Shown in pieces: positions 39,215 through 52,286 of a stretch of DNA of 64,000 nt. The DNA comes from Felis catus (taxonomy: Eukaryota), in NCBI RefSeq assembly GCF_018350175.1, contig NC_058368.1, positions 88,972,001 through 89,036,000 of the forward strand, written 5' to 3'. The position numbers and the translations under genes were made by a program. Position 1 is the first letter of the stretch. Every line of letters starts with the position of its first letter. The notes below the pieces were generated by a model. It was given only the letters and a program-made list of their open reading frames with translations, ran no database searches and had not been told where the DNA came from.

Positions 39215-41059
39215 AGGTATAGCATTTTTTAATTCATCCAGTGAAGTTCTTAGGTCTTTGATATCTGCAGGCAGGGGTTCTCTTGTGTTTTCTATGCTTT
39301 TTTCAAGAGCAGCTATTAGTCCTATGACCATTATACTAAATTCTTGTTGAGATATATTGTTTATATCTGTTTTGAGCAATTCTCTGGCTGTGATTTCTTC
39401 TTGACCTTTCTTTTGGGGAGAATTTCTCCAGCTTGTCATTTTGGCTGTTTCTGTCTTTTCCATGTTTTAAAAGCTTGCTATGTGTCTTGCACCTGAGAGT
39501 ACTACTATATTAAAAAGGGTTTGTACACTGTCCAGGGCCTGGAACTCCAGGAAGTGTGTCTGGTGTATGTTGCATTCATTCTGTTGTTGCATTTTGGCTG
39601 CTCTTTCTCACTGGTCAGTCCTCTGCTGAGCTCCTCCTTGCTTGTAGTGGTGGAGTGTTCAGACCTTTAACTACTTGTGCTTTGATTTGTTTGTTAAAGT
39701 AACCCTGGGGGGGAAAGGATGGAGGAAAGCCTGATTCCATAAAAAGAGAAAAAGGAAAGGGGAGAAAGGAAAACCAGAGAATCAAAAAACTATAAGACTT
39801 ATTCCAGATAAAAAGAAAGGAAAATAAAGAAGGAAGAGAAAAGATGGAAAAAGAACAAAATAAAAATATATATGTATATATATTTATATAATAAAAATTG
39901 ACAAAAAAACAAATCAGAAACTATGAGCCTGATTCCAAAAGAAAAAAAGAAGAGGGAGGGAAACAAAAGAAAAATTTTTTTTAATTTTTTTAATAATAAA
40001 AAAAAAAAACCCAGTTGTCTGTTGGTCCCTGGGGCTGGTGGCTGTGCTGGTGTGGAAGAAAGACTGGCTGAGTTTGGTCAGTCCATGTTGCTCCAGCTCG
40101 GGTAAATAAGCAGTTGCCAGGCATGGAGGGGTGGGGTTTGGTGTAAGCTTGTCCCACCTCCACTGGGGGTCACTGTGCTGCTCTCTGAAGTCTCACCCTA
40201 ATTGGCGTTGGAGGGAAAAATGGCCTCACTCCGATCTCTTATCCCTGGATTGGGGCTCTCAACCCATACCATTCAGGCAGCCCTCATAGAATAGCGAGGG
40301 TGGCCCGCTTGCCCTGCACTACAGTTATCCTGCACCTTCCACTTGGCTTTCAGCTGGGAGTCAAAACCTCATGTCTTAAAGGCCCCCACACCACACAGAC
40401 CCTGCTCTCTTTATCTTTGTATTTTTCCAGGTTCAGCCTCTCAAACCTGCTGATGAGAGGCTGGCACCTGCTGGGTCTTTTGTCTATAGAGAGGCAATAA
40501 CCACTCTTCCCAAAGTACTCTGGGAGGGGGCCTGGTCTCTCCCAGTGCACTACAGAGATCTCTACCCCAAGCTATGCACTCCAGGAAACAACTCCCTCCT
40601 CCCCAGAACAGTGTGCCAAGGTTCATCTCCGGAGAAAGTTGCACACTTTCAAACCCTCCAAGTTTCAGGTCCAAAGGATGTTTGCCAAAAAGAACTGGCA
40701 TTCTCCATACTTCTCATTCCCCAGTCTGTGGTCCAGAGAAGTTTTCCTCTTGTGCTAACTCAGTGCCACATTTTCACAACCCTTCTCTCTTTCACTCCCC
40801 TATGTCTTTCCACTCCCCTGTGTCTTTTCCCTCCCCTCTGTGGCTATGATGTTTTATCTCCCCCAATTCACATATATGCACCTTGATCCTGACAGGCTAT
40901 CTCCCTCCATTTCTGGAGATCCTTCTGCTGCTCTGCAGATTGGTTTCCTGGGTATTCCAAGTGATCTGACTGCAATACACCCATGCTTAAGGGAGAAGGA
41001 AATTCCAGGTCTCCCTACTTATCTGCGATCTTAACTCCCTCCGATCTATTTTCTTTCTA

Positions 41060-41254
41060 GGGACCTGCTCCATCTGTCCTGAAGCTATCTAGAACCCTAC
41101 TTTAAATCACCTCATTAACATAAACTCAGGTGTGATTGAATGGGGCTCATTTTGAATAACAAAAGACATTCCTATCACTCAGGAAATTCCAAGGGTTTTA
41201 GGAGATTTGTGCCTGGGGACAAAAAGACCAAATGTATTTTTGTTTTATAACACA
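41060..41254 (+). mobile_element. MER21-like LTR fragment
   Basis: CACCTCATTAACATAAACTCAGG...TCACTCAGGAAATTCCAAGGGTTTTAGGAG...TAACACA matches the MER21 end as recalled. Confidence 0.7.
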
Positions 41255-41469
41255 GAGAGTTAAGTTTCTCATCCCTCAAGGTATTGGCTCCTATTCTAAG
41301 CTTCCGTGAAGCCTCAACTGTTGCCAAATCTTACTTGAGGACTGAGCATGAAAGAATGGAGTAGAAAAGGAGGATTTCTGTACTTTTCTAGAGCATCGGG
41401 AGCTCCTTTTCTCATCCATGAGCCAGAACTAAAGGGTTTCTCTTGGAACAGGTCTGTACCCACTGTCTA

Positions 41470-42005
41470 CTTTCTTAATTGATGGCTGCTTTTAAGGTGA
41501 CTATGGTTGGTGTTTATGCTTACTCTCTAAAAAAGGTTGTATCCTAGTTCTAAAAAGGTGTACCTTTTTAGATTATATTTTAAATTTACATGAGAATTTT
41601 GAGGTTTTTAGGTAAGTTTAAAGTTGAACTAAAATTCTGTTCTGGGTAACCAGCTATCACCAGGCTCGTTAGGCTTTTCACCTCTACCTACAAATCTTCT
41701 CAATATTTTGCAACATAGATGAGTTCATCCTGTAAAGATTGTTCATAAGTAGCTCATCTGGTTTGGGGCGGGGGGCGGCTAGCTTAAGTTCTCCTTGTTA
41801 GGTTGTTCTAGCTAATTCATTACGCAAAAGGGACCATGGGTAATCTTTGCTGTGTAGGGCTTTTAATTTTCCTTTCATCTTTCCCTTATGATACTTTATA
41901 GAGCCAAGTTAAATTTCTATCTCCTATACTTTTAAGATTTAACTAAATGTTTTGATTTATTATCCTATATTAGTTGAATTTATAGTTGTTTGGGCTAGTT
42001 TTGGC
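41470..42005 (-). pseudogene. MT-RNR2: NUMT: 5' part of mitochondrial 16S rRNA
   Basis: Reverse complement contains GGTAGAGGTGAAAAGCCTAACGAGCCTGGTGATAGCTGGTT and AAAAGCAGCCATCAATTAAGAAAG. Confidence 0.95.
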
Positions 42006-42073
42006 TCAAGATGGTCAGTTTGATATGAAATCTTCTGGGTGTCAGCCAGATGCTTTATTTAAGCTACATCTTG
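42006..42073 (-). pseudogene. MT-TV: NUMT: mitochondrial tRNA-Val copy (anticodon TAC changed to GAC)
   Basis: CAAGATGTAGCTTAAATAAAGCATCTGGCTGACACCCAGAAGATTTCATATCAAACTGACCATCTTGA lies between 12S and 16S. Confidence 0.92.
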
Positions 42074-43033
42074 TTTATCCAAGCACAGTTTCCTGTATGC
42101 TTACCTTGTTACGACTTGTCTCCTCTTGTGGTTTTTATAGTTTGAATAGGTTGTCTTTGAGTTTTGTCACTTGAGGAGGGTGATGGGCAGTGTGTGTGTG
42201 CTTCATGGCCCAATTCAACTGAGATCTCTATTCTCAATTTACTACTAAATCCTCCTTTAGTTCTTAGTTTCATAAGGACTTTCGTGGAAAATATTCTAAT
42301 GTAGAAAATGTAGCCCATTACTTCCCACCTCATAAGTTACACCTTGACCTAACTTTTTTTATGTTAAGATACTTGTGCTTACTTTTCTTCCTTTTTAGGG
42401 TTTGCTGAAGATGGCGGTATATACACTGGATTAGCAAGAGGTATTGAGGTTTATTGATTATAGAACAGGCTCTTCTAGGGGGATATAAAGCACCGCCAAG
42501 TCCTTTGAGTTTTAAGCTGTTGCTAATAGTTCTCTGGCGGATAAATTTGTTTGGTTAATTATCTAAGTTTAGGGCTAAACATAGTGGGGTATCTAATCCC
42601 AGTTTGGGTCTTAGCCATCCTGTGGTCGGAGATATTAAAGTTACTTTCGTGCTGTATTTTTATGTTAGCTGTAGCTTTTTAAAGCCTAGTTAACATTTAA
42701 CTTTAGTGCGGGTTTTCTCTATAACATGCTTTACACGGTAGGTCTATTAGTTCGGGTTAATCGTATGACCGCGGTGGCTGGCACGAAATTTACCAACACT
42801 TGTTTAATATGGCTTAGTCAAACTTTCATTCTTGGCTTAATTTTTATCACTGCTGTATCCCGTGGGGGTGTGGCTAAGCAAGGTGTCATGAGCTACGGCA
42901 GTCATGTGCTTGATACCTGCTCCTTTAGATCATTAATGATTTAGAGGGCATTTTCACCAGTGTGGGAGGCTTGCATGTGTGATCCTATTAATATGGATCC
43001 TATTAATATGGAAAGGCTAGGACCAAACCTTTG
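42074..43033 (-). pseudogene. MT-RNR1: NUMT: full-length mitochondrial 12S rRNA copy
   Basis: Starts CAAAGGTTTGGTCCTAGCC and contains GTGCCAGCCACCGCGGTCATACG, AAACTGGGATTAGATACCCCACTATG and AAGTCGTAACAAGGTAAGCATAC. Confidence 0.96.
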
Positions 43034-43335
43034 TGTTTATGGAGTCTGGCGACTCATCTGGGCATTTTCAGTGCCCAGGGGGTGTTGGGTTAGTTAGTTG
43101 GTTGATGGGGTTGGTTGTGGGAGAATATTGCTCAATGGGGACGAATTAGAGCCCAAGGTTGCGTATCTATAGATAGCTGTGGATCGAGGTGTTATACTGG
43201 TATTTTATACTATGATTTTGGTGCATTTATAAGTTTTCATACTTAGGCCTTATGTTTGGATGCAGGTTTAGTCTTGTTTTTGGGGTTTGGCAGGGGTTGT
43301 AGTACATTAAAGTTGGAGGATAACAGAAGGGGGAA
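43034..43335 (-). pseudogene. NUMT: 3' part of tRNA-Phe (43034-43075) and 3' control region with CSB3
   Basis: GGCACTGAAAATGCCCAGATGAGTCGCCAGACTCCATAAACA; CSB3-type TGCCAAACCCCAAAAACAAGACTAAA at ~43267-43292. Confidence 0.88.
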
Positions 43336-44394
43336 AATAATGAACTCAAGGTTAGTTCCAAGTACACTGAACTTTGCTCTTCTTCCCTAATCTGCCTATT
43401 TACTTTTTAGTGTTTTCAAGTAGCTGGTAAATGCAATTTGTCCAGGCTTTATAATTGTGTTCAGCTCTCTTAACTCTGTCTGAAAGACAGAATAGAGGCA
43501 GCTCATTCCATGTTACCCTGAACTGGAACCACCCTTGAATTTTATATGTATATATATGATTTTTTTTCTAATAAAGTTCTTCATTATTACTATTATCCTC
43601 CCAATAGGGGCTTTAATGCACTTTAATTACCCAATAACTCCTTCCCAATCTTATTTATTCTTCTTGAATGTTAGCTTAACTCAATAAGATTATTTAAACA
43701 CATCAATTAGTAATTTTACATTAAATTTACATTACTTAAATTACCTCATTTATTAATATCTATGCTCTTTTCTTTTCATTCCATGCCTTCTTTCTGTAAT
43801 TATATTCCTTCTTGCCAGAGTACTATCCAAGATAAAGCCAGATACAAGTTAAAAGTTTTATTCAATAATAGATTTTGAAATAGGAAGGAGGGTCCTGCAT
43901 GGACTGATTTCAACTTCACCGAAAGAGAAGGCTGGAAACTATTTAAAGTTCAGGGTGTGTTATGGGAAAGGCGGGGAGAGGTAAGAAGAGCAGTTAGTCC
44001 ATGTGGCTAATCCACCTGGATTTGTCAATTGGCACTTATCCAGAGGAGAAAGAAGTTCTAGCATGTTCTAGCATGCTTGCTGACTGAGCTCAGGAACTCA
44101 CAGCTCATGGCAAATCCTACCTATTTATTCTCTAACTATTCTAATAAAAAAAATGTATCTGGTAAAAAAAAAGTACATTCTGAAAAGATCCTTATCATTT
44201 TACTAATATCAAGTATATTTGTATATAATAATGTCTATTAGTGTTTTGATGATTTAACAAAGCACTCATCTTCAATCAAATTAAGAACTTCTGTTTATAA
44301 AAATCACCACTGAGAAGGGAAGCCACAGACTAAGAATATATATGTGCAGTAGGTATAAACAACAAAGATGTTATATCCAGAATATGTTTAAAAA

Positions 44395-44607
44395 AAATTT
44401 TTAACGTTTATTTATTATTGAGAGACAGAGAGAGAGCATGAGCAGGGGAGGGGCAGAGACAGAAAGGGGGAGACACAGAATCCGTAGCAGGCTCCAGGCT
44501 CCAAGCTATCAGCACAGAGCCCGATGTGGGGCTCGAACCCACAAACCGCGAGATCATGACCTGAGCTGAAGTTGGACACTTAACTGACTGAGCCACCCAG
44601 GCACCTC
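44395..44607 (-). mobile_element. Can-SINE (feliform type)
   Basis: Reverse SINE head GAGCCACCCAGGCACC, GA tract and T tail. Confidence 0.93.
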
Positions 44608-44905
44608 CAGGATATTTTTGTTTAAACATTTATAAATCAAAAGACAAACACCCCATTTTTTAAAACAGGGCAAAGATTTGAACACTTTCCAAAAGAGGAT
44701 ATCCAAATGGCCAGTGTATGAAAAAGCTTACATGGCCTTATCCATGTCTGAGTTCTAAATGTTGCAAACACAACTCACTTTTCATGGTTTTGACCAACAA
44801 ATTTATTTTTCCATCCTAGACCTCTCCTCTGATATCTTTACCCATAGATTAGACTTACTCGGTGGATATTCACATAGGCAACTCAAAATAAAAATTGTTC
44901 AAAGG

Positions 44906-45010
44906 TGGGGAACCTGGTTGGTTCAGTTGCTGGAGCATGAGACTCTGGATCTCAGTGTTGTGGGCTCAAGTACCATGTTGGGTGTAGAGATTACTTAAAA
45001 AAATTTTTTT
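44906..45010 (+). mobile_element. Short Can-SINE variant
   Basis: GGGGAACCTGGTTGGTTCAGT...GGGTGTAGAGATTACTTAAAA. Confidence 0.8.
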
Positions 45011-46538
45011 AAATGTACAAAGGTTAATTCATTATCCTCACACAATTCATTTCTCAAATTTTCCCCATAACTCTAAATGGTACTTCCTTCTATTTACCTG
45101 CTCCTGCAAGAAATCCAAGAGTAACCTGCTGGTTCATGGTTCACCTTTTACATGCATTCTCCTCTTCATCTTTAATAATAGAGTACTACATCATGTTTTA
45201 TTTGTGTGTGAATTAGTTTATCTGTCTATAATATAATGAACACTGACACAAGAACTACATATTTCTAACAATTTACATATGTATATTGTACCCTGTCCTG
45301 AAATTCTGCACTGTCCTGTCCCCACACCAAATACCAATTTTTATCAACGAAATGTCTATAAAAATTACCTTAAAGTGGTTTTGGTTTTCCCTGATTAATA
45401 AAGTAATTAGGGATAACTTCATATATTTACAGGCTAAAAACTTTTCCTCTTTTCAGAATTACATGTGTCATGTCTTTTGCCCTTTTTCGACTGGAAAATA
45501 TGTTTGAATACTTCTGACTCTGTAAAAGTTCTTTATCCTTTGTTTTAATCCCTGACAGTAATATATATTACAATGGTTATTTTGTAGCTTGTGACTTTTT
45601 TTCACTTCTTAAAGGCATATTCAGATGACTACATTTAATTTTAATGAGGGATCTGAGACTTGTCTAGACCGGGCTCATTTTTATTTCCACAATTTTGGAA
45701 TTCAAAAAACTCTGTGTGGACTGGGTCAGGGAAGTTGCTTGGGACCCATTGAAAACTGGTATGACATTGTGGTCAGTGGCAGAGGTCAGATACTTAAGAG
45801 GGAAGTTATTTAGCAGAGGGAAGATGACAGCAGGTCCTGGTTAGCTTAAATGGAGAGCACTGTGAGAGACATCTCTTCTAGACATCACATCTTGGTTCTC
45901 TGGATGACCAAAAGAGCAGAGAGCTCAGTACTGTTACACATTCCATAGCAAGAGGTTCTGGAGACATTTGGGAAGGAGCTGTCTGAAGTAGAAAAAATGA
46001 GGCAATGAGAAGATTTTTGGCCAAAAAATCTGAGAGCAATGTAGTTGTAGTCCTATCTCTTCATTGGACTTCAGCCCGCTCTAGATTGATGCTTCCAGTT
46101 TTTGTGATCTTCAAATGTCTCCTTCCCTCTTTCACTCCACTCACCACACTCCTATCAAAGCCAAACTATCCCTTAAATTTCCCCTGCTAGAAAGAGTATG
46201 ACAGTAAACCTTGAAATTTACTTTATTCATTTACCTGTAAAATCACTTCAGTTCCTGTCTCACATGGGATGGAGGCAGACAACAAGGTAATTAAATATGA
46301 GCTCAGTGTGATGGCTATTTGGAACTTGAAAAGAAACAGGCTAAATACTGAGTTGGGAAAGAGATGGAGAGAAGTGATATTCTTTTTATAAATCTTATAG
46401 AGACCTTGTTATATAAATGTGAATACTTGAATATGCTAATATTCAATGAGACATAAGTTGGTAGATAAAAGAACAAAAAAGTGAAATGAATTTATTCCAG
46501 AGGACCCAGGAGGTGCAAAGTATAAACAAGACCTGACT

Positions 46539-46745
46539 GGGGGCACCTGGATGGCTCAGTTAAGCATGTGACTTGTGCGCAGATTATGATCTCACAGTTT
46601 GTGAGTTTGAGCCCCATGTGGGTCTCTGCGCTGACAGCTCAGAGCCTGAAGCCTGCTTGGGATTCTGTGTCTCCCCCTCTCTCTGCCCTTCCCCCACTTG
46701 TTCTCTCTTTCTCTCTCTCTCTCTCAAAAATAAACATTTTTTAAA
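46539..46745 (+). mobile_element. Can-SINE
   Basis: SINE head, CT tract, AAAATAAAC tail. Confidence 0.92.
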
Positions 46746-47839
46746 AAGCCATGATTAGAGAAAAAGGGATAAAAAGGATGAACCAAAGAAGAAACAGAAA
46801 AAGAATCTAAGAAAAAGAATCTAAGAAAATCATTAGTTTGGTCTGGGAAGACAGGTGTTTGGAACCACACATATCTGTCATCCTGGAGTGGAGAACTGCC
46901 ATCGACTGGACTGGAGCCTGTGTCCATCATTTTGGGCCTCAATTCAAGGGAGTAATATAGTCAAAACAGGCAAGTCAGACTAGGTTTTCGAGGTGAGGCC
47001 TCTCCCAAATCTTTATAAAACCCCCAGGTATGGGGCCATGGGGCTCTGTTCTGCAGTTTCAGAAACTCAACTTTCTTCATTCATCCACAAGTAAGGAGTC
47101 TGAGGAGTCAACAACTCAAACCCAGAAGAGACTATGTAAATCAAAATCCCAATACCTGACAATTCACCCAGCTGTCAGTAGAGGGCACCCCTGCCCAAGA
47201 AAGACCAAATTCGGAGAAGAAACTTGCTCAACAAACCAAGAATCAAGTTAGTTGAGTTACGGGTAAACTTCGTTTTCTTTCCTTTTTCTTTTCTTTTCTT
47301 CTCTTTTCTTTTCTTTTCTTTTTTTCTTTTCAGATCTAGAAGAGTTTATTTTGGAGGAGTGTATTATTTTCTATTTATTTTTCTATATTTTACAAGACCT
47401 ATACTATGAGTATATATTACTCATATGAACAGGAAAAAAGGTTATTTGAAAATAAAATTCATTCATCAACTTTCTGTCAACTGGTACAGAAAATTATATG
47501 TATTTGTCATATGACAAATATTAATTGTCCTATCATCTATATGAGACTTCTTGGTACTTTGTCTTTCAACTTCTCTGGGTTTGAGAATTTTCATAATAAA
47601 ACTTTGGGGAATATCTTGAATATAAAATTGAGAAGAGTTTTGGGAGAAAAAAAGATTCACATCGATTAATTCAAAGATCACTTCTATCTAAATAGTAGAA
47701 CCAGTCTCTTAGATAATGATACTCTCACTCCTAGTATTGATGAATAAATGCTTTAAAAATCTTATTGTCAAAGCATTTGTTTAAACATTCCCTTCTGATT
47801 ACATAAAATCTTCTAATATTTCAATGACAGAACACAGTA

Positions 47840-48200
47840 CCTAAGCATACTGGGTAATATTGTCACTTGACAAATTACCCCAAAACTTAGCATCATAAAA
47901 CAACCATTTGATTTTTGCTATTTGTGGGTCATCAATTCAGGAAGGGTTGACAGAGTAGTTGTCAATTTGGGTGTCCCATGTAGTTACACTCAGATGCTGG
48001 CCAGAGCTGCAGACACCTAAAGGCTCCCAGCTGGGTGTGTAAGATAGCTCACTCACATGGCTGTGCCTCTCTGGCAAGGCAGTTTCAGGGTCCATTAGAC
48101 TTCTTACATGGCAGGTCTACATAGCTTGTGGCTCCAAGCTGGAGCAGTCCAGCAAACCAGGTAGAAGCTGCGTCCCTTTTCATGATCTGACCTCACTCCT
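47840..48200 (+). mobile_element. MLT1-like (MaLR) LTR relic
   Basis: ACAAATTACCCCAAAACTTAGC...AAAACAACCATTT...GTGGGTCA and CTCACTCACATGGCTG resemble MLT1 LTRs. Confidence 0.6.
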
Positions 48201-48466
48201 GCTGCATGGCTTTATGGGGGCCCAGCTGACTGATCCAAAAGTGTGTTGCTCCTAGTATTTTCCTCTGGGAAGGCATTGAGGGCTTGAGTGAGGCCTGATC
48301 ACCACTCACCTACTCCATTTGTGGCTGAGGGGCTTCTCTTTTTTTCTAAATAGAAACTTTGAAAAATAAGCAAGCACTATCTTCAAGAAGGGGTGTTTGA
48401 CAGGTTTTGCTGTATTGCTTGTGCCCAGAGAAGGCTGACCCATCTTACATGGTAAGAGAAGTTTTA

Positions 48467-48592
48467 GGGGTGCCTGGGTGGCTCAGTCAGATAAGCGTCT
48501 GATTCTTGGTTTCAGCTCAGATCATGATCTCATAGTTCATGGGATCATGCCCTGCATTGGGCTCTGTGTTGACAGCACAGAGCTTGCTTGGG

Positions 48593-48634
<42 letters not shown>

Positions 48635-48665
48635 CCCCACCCCCACCCCTCTCCTACTTGCACTC

Positions 48666-48703
<38 letters not shown>
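48467..48703 (+). mobile_element. Can-SINE with (TC)n and (TAAA)n tail
   Basis: SINE head; TSD AAGTTTTAG. Confidence 0.92.
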
Positions 48704-48704
<1 letters not shown>

Positions 48705-51264
48705 GTTTTAGCTGAACATACGGCTGCCACTCTGTTTCCTTAGTCTCTCCTGAAATTTGGGGAACAAGAGCAAGTTCTTGTGAGTGGGAGATGAGGGAAG
48801 GTCTTATACACAGATTCTGGGTTTCATTCTAAAAAAAAAAAAAAAAAGGAGGCTTGTCTTCTTCTCTTTTCCTCCTTCCTGACTGGAGCCAGAGCACCAT
48901 CTTTGGGAGCTGGGAATCACGTGTTGAAGATAGTAGGATGACAAATGAAAGCCAGTCTCTGGTGGGTGCGGACATGCTGTAGTAGCCCAGAAACACCACT
49001 TGGATTTTTGAGCAGGTAAGAAATAGACCATCTTATTTAGGCCATGATCATGTTGGGTCTTTTTCCAGCTGCCAGACTAATACCCTATCAGATAAAGGTC
49101 CTCTACTTTTAATACAGGTGTACAGTGCATCTCTGGAGACACACAGATCCTTGAGTACATGGCCTAGGCAATGGTCACAAGAATGTAAATCCCTTCTCCT
49201 TCCCTTAGAAAGAAAGAGCGATAGGAATAATAACAGAGAATGGGGATCAGTCAGAAGGTACCAGGCCCCTTTTCCTGGAGGGTCTCCCACAACAGTGCAA
49301 CCAGCAGGCAAAGGGTCCAGGAAGGATGTGAGGTATACACTCTCAAAACACTAAAGAAAATATCTGCTCCTTTGTCATTAAGCATTTCTGGCGTGAAGTG
49401 GCCTTTAAGAATTTCAGATGTCATGTGTGACCCTGGGAAAGCCTAGTCCCCTTAAGCACATTGGCCATGCTTCTCACAGAATCCACTAGGATTAGGGCCC
49501 TAGGAGTCTTAAACTCTGCTCCTCTCTGGGTCAAGGCTCCTAATGCACTCCTCAAAACCTCGCCATCATCCTGCCCTCTGAAATCCTCTCTGTCGCTGTC
49601 ACAAGTTCATTCTTCCAGGCCTAGGGTGTGCCAGAAGCCCTGAAATTTCCCACAGAGTCACTGCCTTTATCCTTAGAGGAATTATAATTTGATTCTGCTG
49701 AATAGTTACTTTTTCCAGCAGACTGGTATGTCTGTGTGATCCAGTTCTGCCAGGGAGTTGTAATCAGGCTGTTGCTGACTTCCAGGAACACTGCAACAAG
49801 AATCCACCTTTCGCCCTTCTTCTTTTCTCTTTCTTCCTGCCTAAAATGTAAGCATGATGGCCAGAGCTCCTGCAGTCAGAGTAACACCTAGGAGGGAAGC
49901 ATCATGCTAAGGAGTGAGACAGAGAGACAGAAGACACGGAAACTACCTTGCAGCCTTATACCACCTAGCTCTCACTTACATAAGGTACTGTGGTTAGACT
50001 TTTCTGCTGTAAGTAGCTAAATCAAGTTCAATATACTGTCTTATCATTTTCGAATAAAGAGCCAGATTTCAAATGAGCTGAAGGGACAGTGGAAGGGAGT
50101 AACAGCCTCAGGACCACCGAGGGCCCTTTGTCTCAACAGCTATGCCTGTATCACTCTGCTTCCTCCAGATGCACACAAAGGGGAACATAAGGTAGGATCA
50201 AAGATGAAACTGGGTAAAAGAGAGCACCAGAGATGGAGATTTCTCTAGGACTTGAACTGTTGCTTTCACACATATTAATCTTCACAATCAACCCAAAGGG
50301 AGGCACTACTGTCCTCACAGGAAGAGGCTCTGGCAGGACAGATGGCTGATCCAGAGTCCAACGTACAGGCAGTGAGCCAGAGCTGGGTCCAGCTTACATC
50401 CTTCACATGATAGGACCAAACCACCAAGCCACATCTTCCTGCCTCAAAACAAAAGATGTGGCACTCCTCTCCTCGCCTCTGCTCCAAGTATAAATTCTTT
50501 GTGACTTGCCCAGGTTGGACAGAGGGTAGATAGGAGGACAGATGGAGGTTCAAGGGCCCCACTGGAGGCAAACCACTGATCTCTACAGAAATCCTGCCAG
50601 GAACCCTGAAATCCATCATTTATAAAGATAATTAAGAAAAAGGGGAAATTATTAAAATAATGGTGAAGGTAAATATTTGACATGGCTATGATATATAGGG
50701 TATATATGTGTTTAACTCATATAAAGCTAAATCAATATTTCTGTATTTCTATGGGTTTTATTGATCAATAAATGTTTTATTTATTTATTTATTTATTTAT
50801 TTATTCACTTACTTATGCAAGAAAGAAACCTGGTATGTATAATGTATAAACAGAGGTGAGGGGGAATGTGGAAGTGTGAATGTTTTTATTATCTGCTTTC
50901 TGATTTTTCTGAAATGAACATGTATTGTTTTTGTAATTAGAAAAAAAGTAAACTATACCTTTCATTTTAAAAGGGCATTGTATCTGACATTAAATACAGA
51001 CCCTTCCAACCCAGCCAGGGCCCCAGCCTCAGACCCTGCTCCCTCTCCTAAGTCCTCTACTGTGCCCTGGTCCCCATGTACCACCTCTAGCCTTTGCCCC
51101 TCAGCTCTGGCAGGATTCTGAACACACCTGCGTGGGTCAATTGAAAGCTCAGGTAGAGCATGGTCAGAGACCATCCATTTGTCCACACTGAAGGTGACTC
51201 ACCCCACAACTGATGACCCAGATGACCCAGGATGACCCAGGATGACCCAGAAAAGAGAGAAGGC

Positions 51265-51636
51265 TGTTAAAAGTAAACAATAGATCCCAAATGGAGTCAG
51301 TTGTGCTAATCCCATTACACCAAAGAAGGCTTAATACCAAACCTAACTGCAGTTTCAATCTTCCCCAGGAATGTAATCTTAACCAGTATGGAATTTCCTG
51401 ATCAGCACTGATGAGGTAATCTAATAAGATCCTTTTGTTCCCCAAAGTGAGGTGACTTTGCCCCCCCCCCAATTTTTTTTTTGGTTTATGACTTCCTTGT
51501 CCTGCCTTTAAAAACCTTCCCTTTCTATAGCCCTTTAAGAACTTTCTACTTGCTAGACAGGATGCTGCCTGATCATGAATCATTCAATAAGGCCAATTAG
51601 ATCTTTATAATTTTCTTGAATATCTGTTATTTAACA
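51265..51636 (+). mobile_element. Solo ERV1-type LTR (~372 bp)
   Basis: Inverted termini TGTTAAA...TTTAACA, CCAAATGGAGTCA near the 5' end, TATA-like TTTAAAAA at ~51507 and polyA-like AATAAG at ~51586. TSD imperfect. Confidence 0.75.
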
Positions 51637-52079
51637 AGAGCAAAGTCCAAGAGACTGATGGAGGGGAGACTCATGGAGAGAAGGCAGAAATAGCGGTTCT
51701 TGGTACCAGGAGCAGGAGGATGGCATGAAATGGAGGAAGGACTATGGGTCACAGGCAGAGGCAGAAGTGCCAAGGCTAAGGCCAGTGGTGGCCTGGCCCA
51801 AGCAGCTGCTGGGCCCACATGCACACCGCATCCCTGTAAGGCCTTCTGTAAGCAGCTGAGACCCCAGATGCCACTCGGGCAGACCCTCCACCTGCACAGC
51901 CTGCATTGGCCATACCAGTAGGTCACTGGCTGTTTCAGGGAGGGCCTACCTGGCAGGGGAGCTGCAGTGAGCTAGGTGAACTTTTTGGAATTACCTTTAA
52001 ATCTCTGAACTCAAGGTTAATCCTGAAACATTTAATACATGGTACTTTTGTATTTGGTAACATCCCCAGGAAGATCATG

Positions 52080-52286
52080 GTTCTTTTTTTTTTTAAGTGT
52101 ATTTATTTATTTTGAGAAAGAGAAAGTAGGAGTAGGGGAGGAGCAGAGAGAGGGAGAGAGAGAGAATCCCAAGCAGACTTTTCGAGGTCAGTGCAGAGCT
52201 GGATGTGAGGCTCAAACTCATGAACTGTGAGATCATGACCTAAGCCGAACTCAGACGCTTAACAAGCTGAGCCACCCAGGTGCTCC
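52080..52286 (-). mobile_element. Can-SINE
   Basis: Reverse SINE head; TSD ATCATRGTTCTT at ~52074 and ~52290. Confidence 0.9.

Larger units (their letters stand above)
35142..41042 (-). mobile_element. Older L1 (5'UTR, ORF1, 5' ORF2), interrupted by a SINE and a nested L1
   Basis: 5' end GGAGGGAGTTAAGAT at ~41042. ORF1 start MTSWRNSPQKKGQEEIT near 39440. ORF2 start ..ALNSSLSIITLTVNGLN..CCLQETH near 36890. Confidence 0.92.

Noticed and set aside
41470..43335. Functional rRNA/tRNA genes or mitochondrial contamination
   Set aside because: Embedded in nuclear repeats, truncated, and carries an anticodon mutation, a deletion and a duplication.
43340..51200. Olfactory receptor gene, expected near MGAT1 from human and mouse synteny
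   Set aside because: No OR motifs (MAYDRYVAIC, KAFSTC, PMLNPFIY) or long ORF seen.
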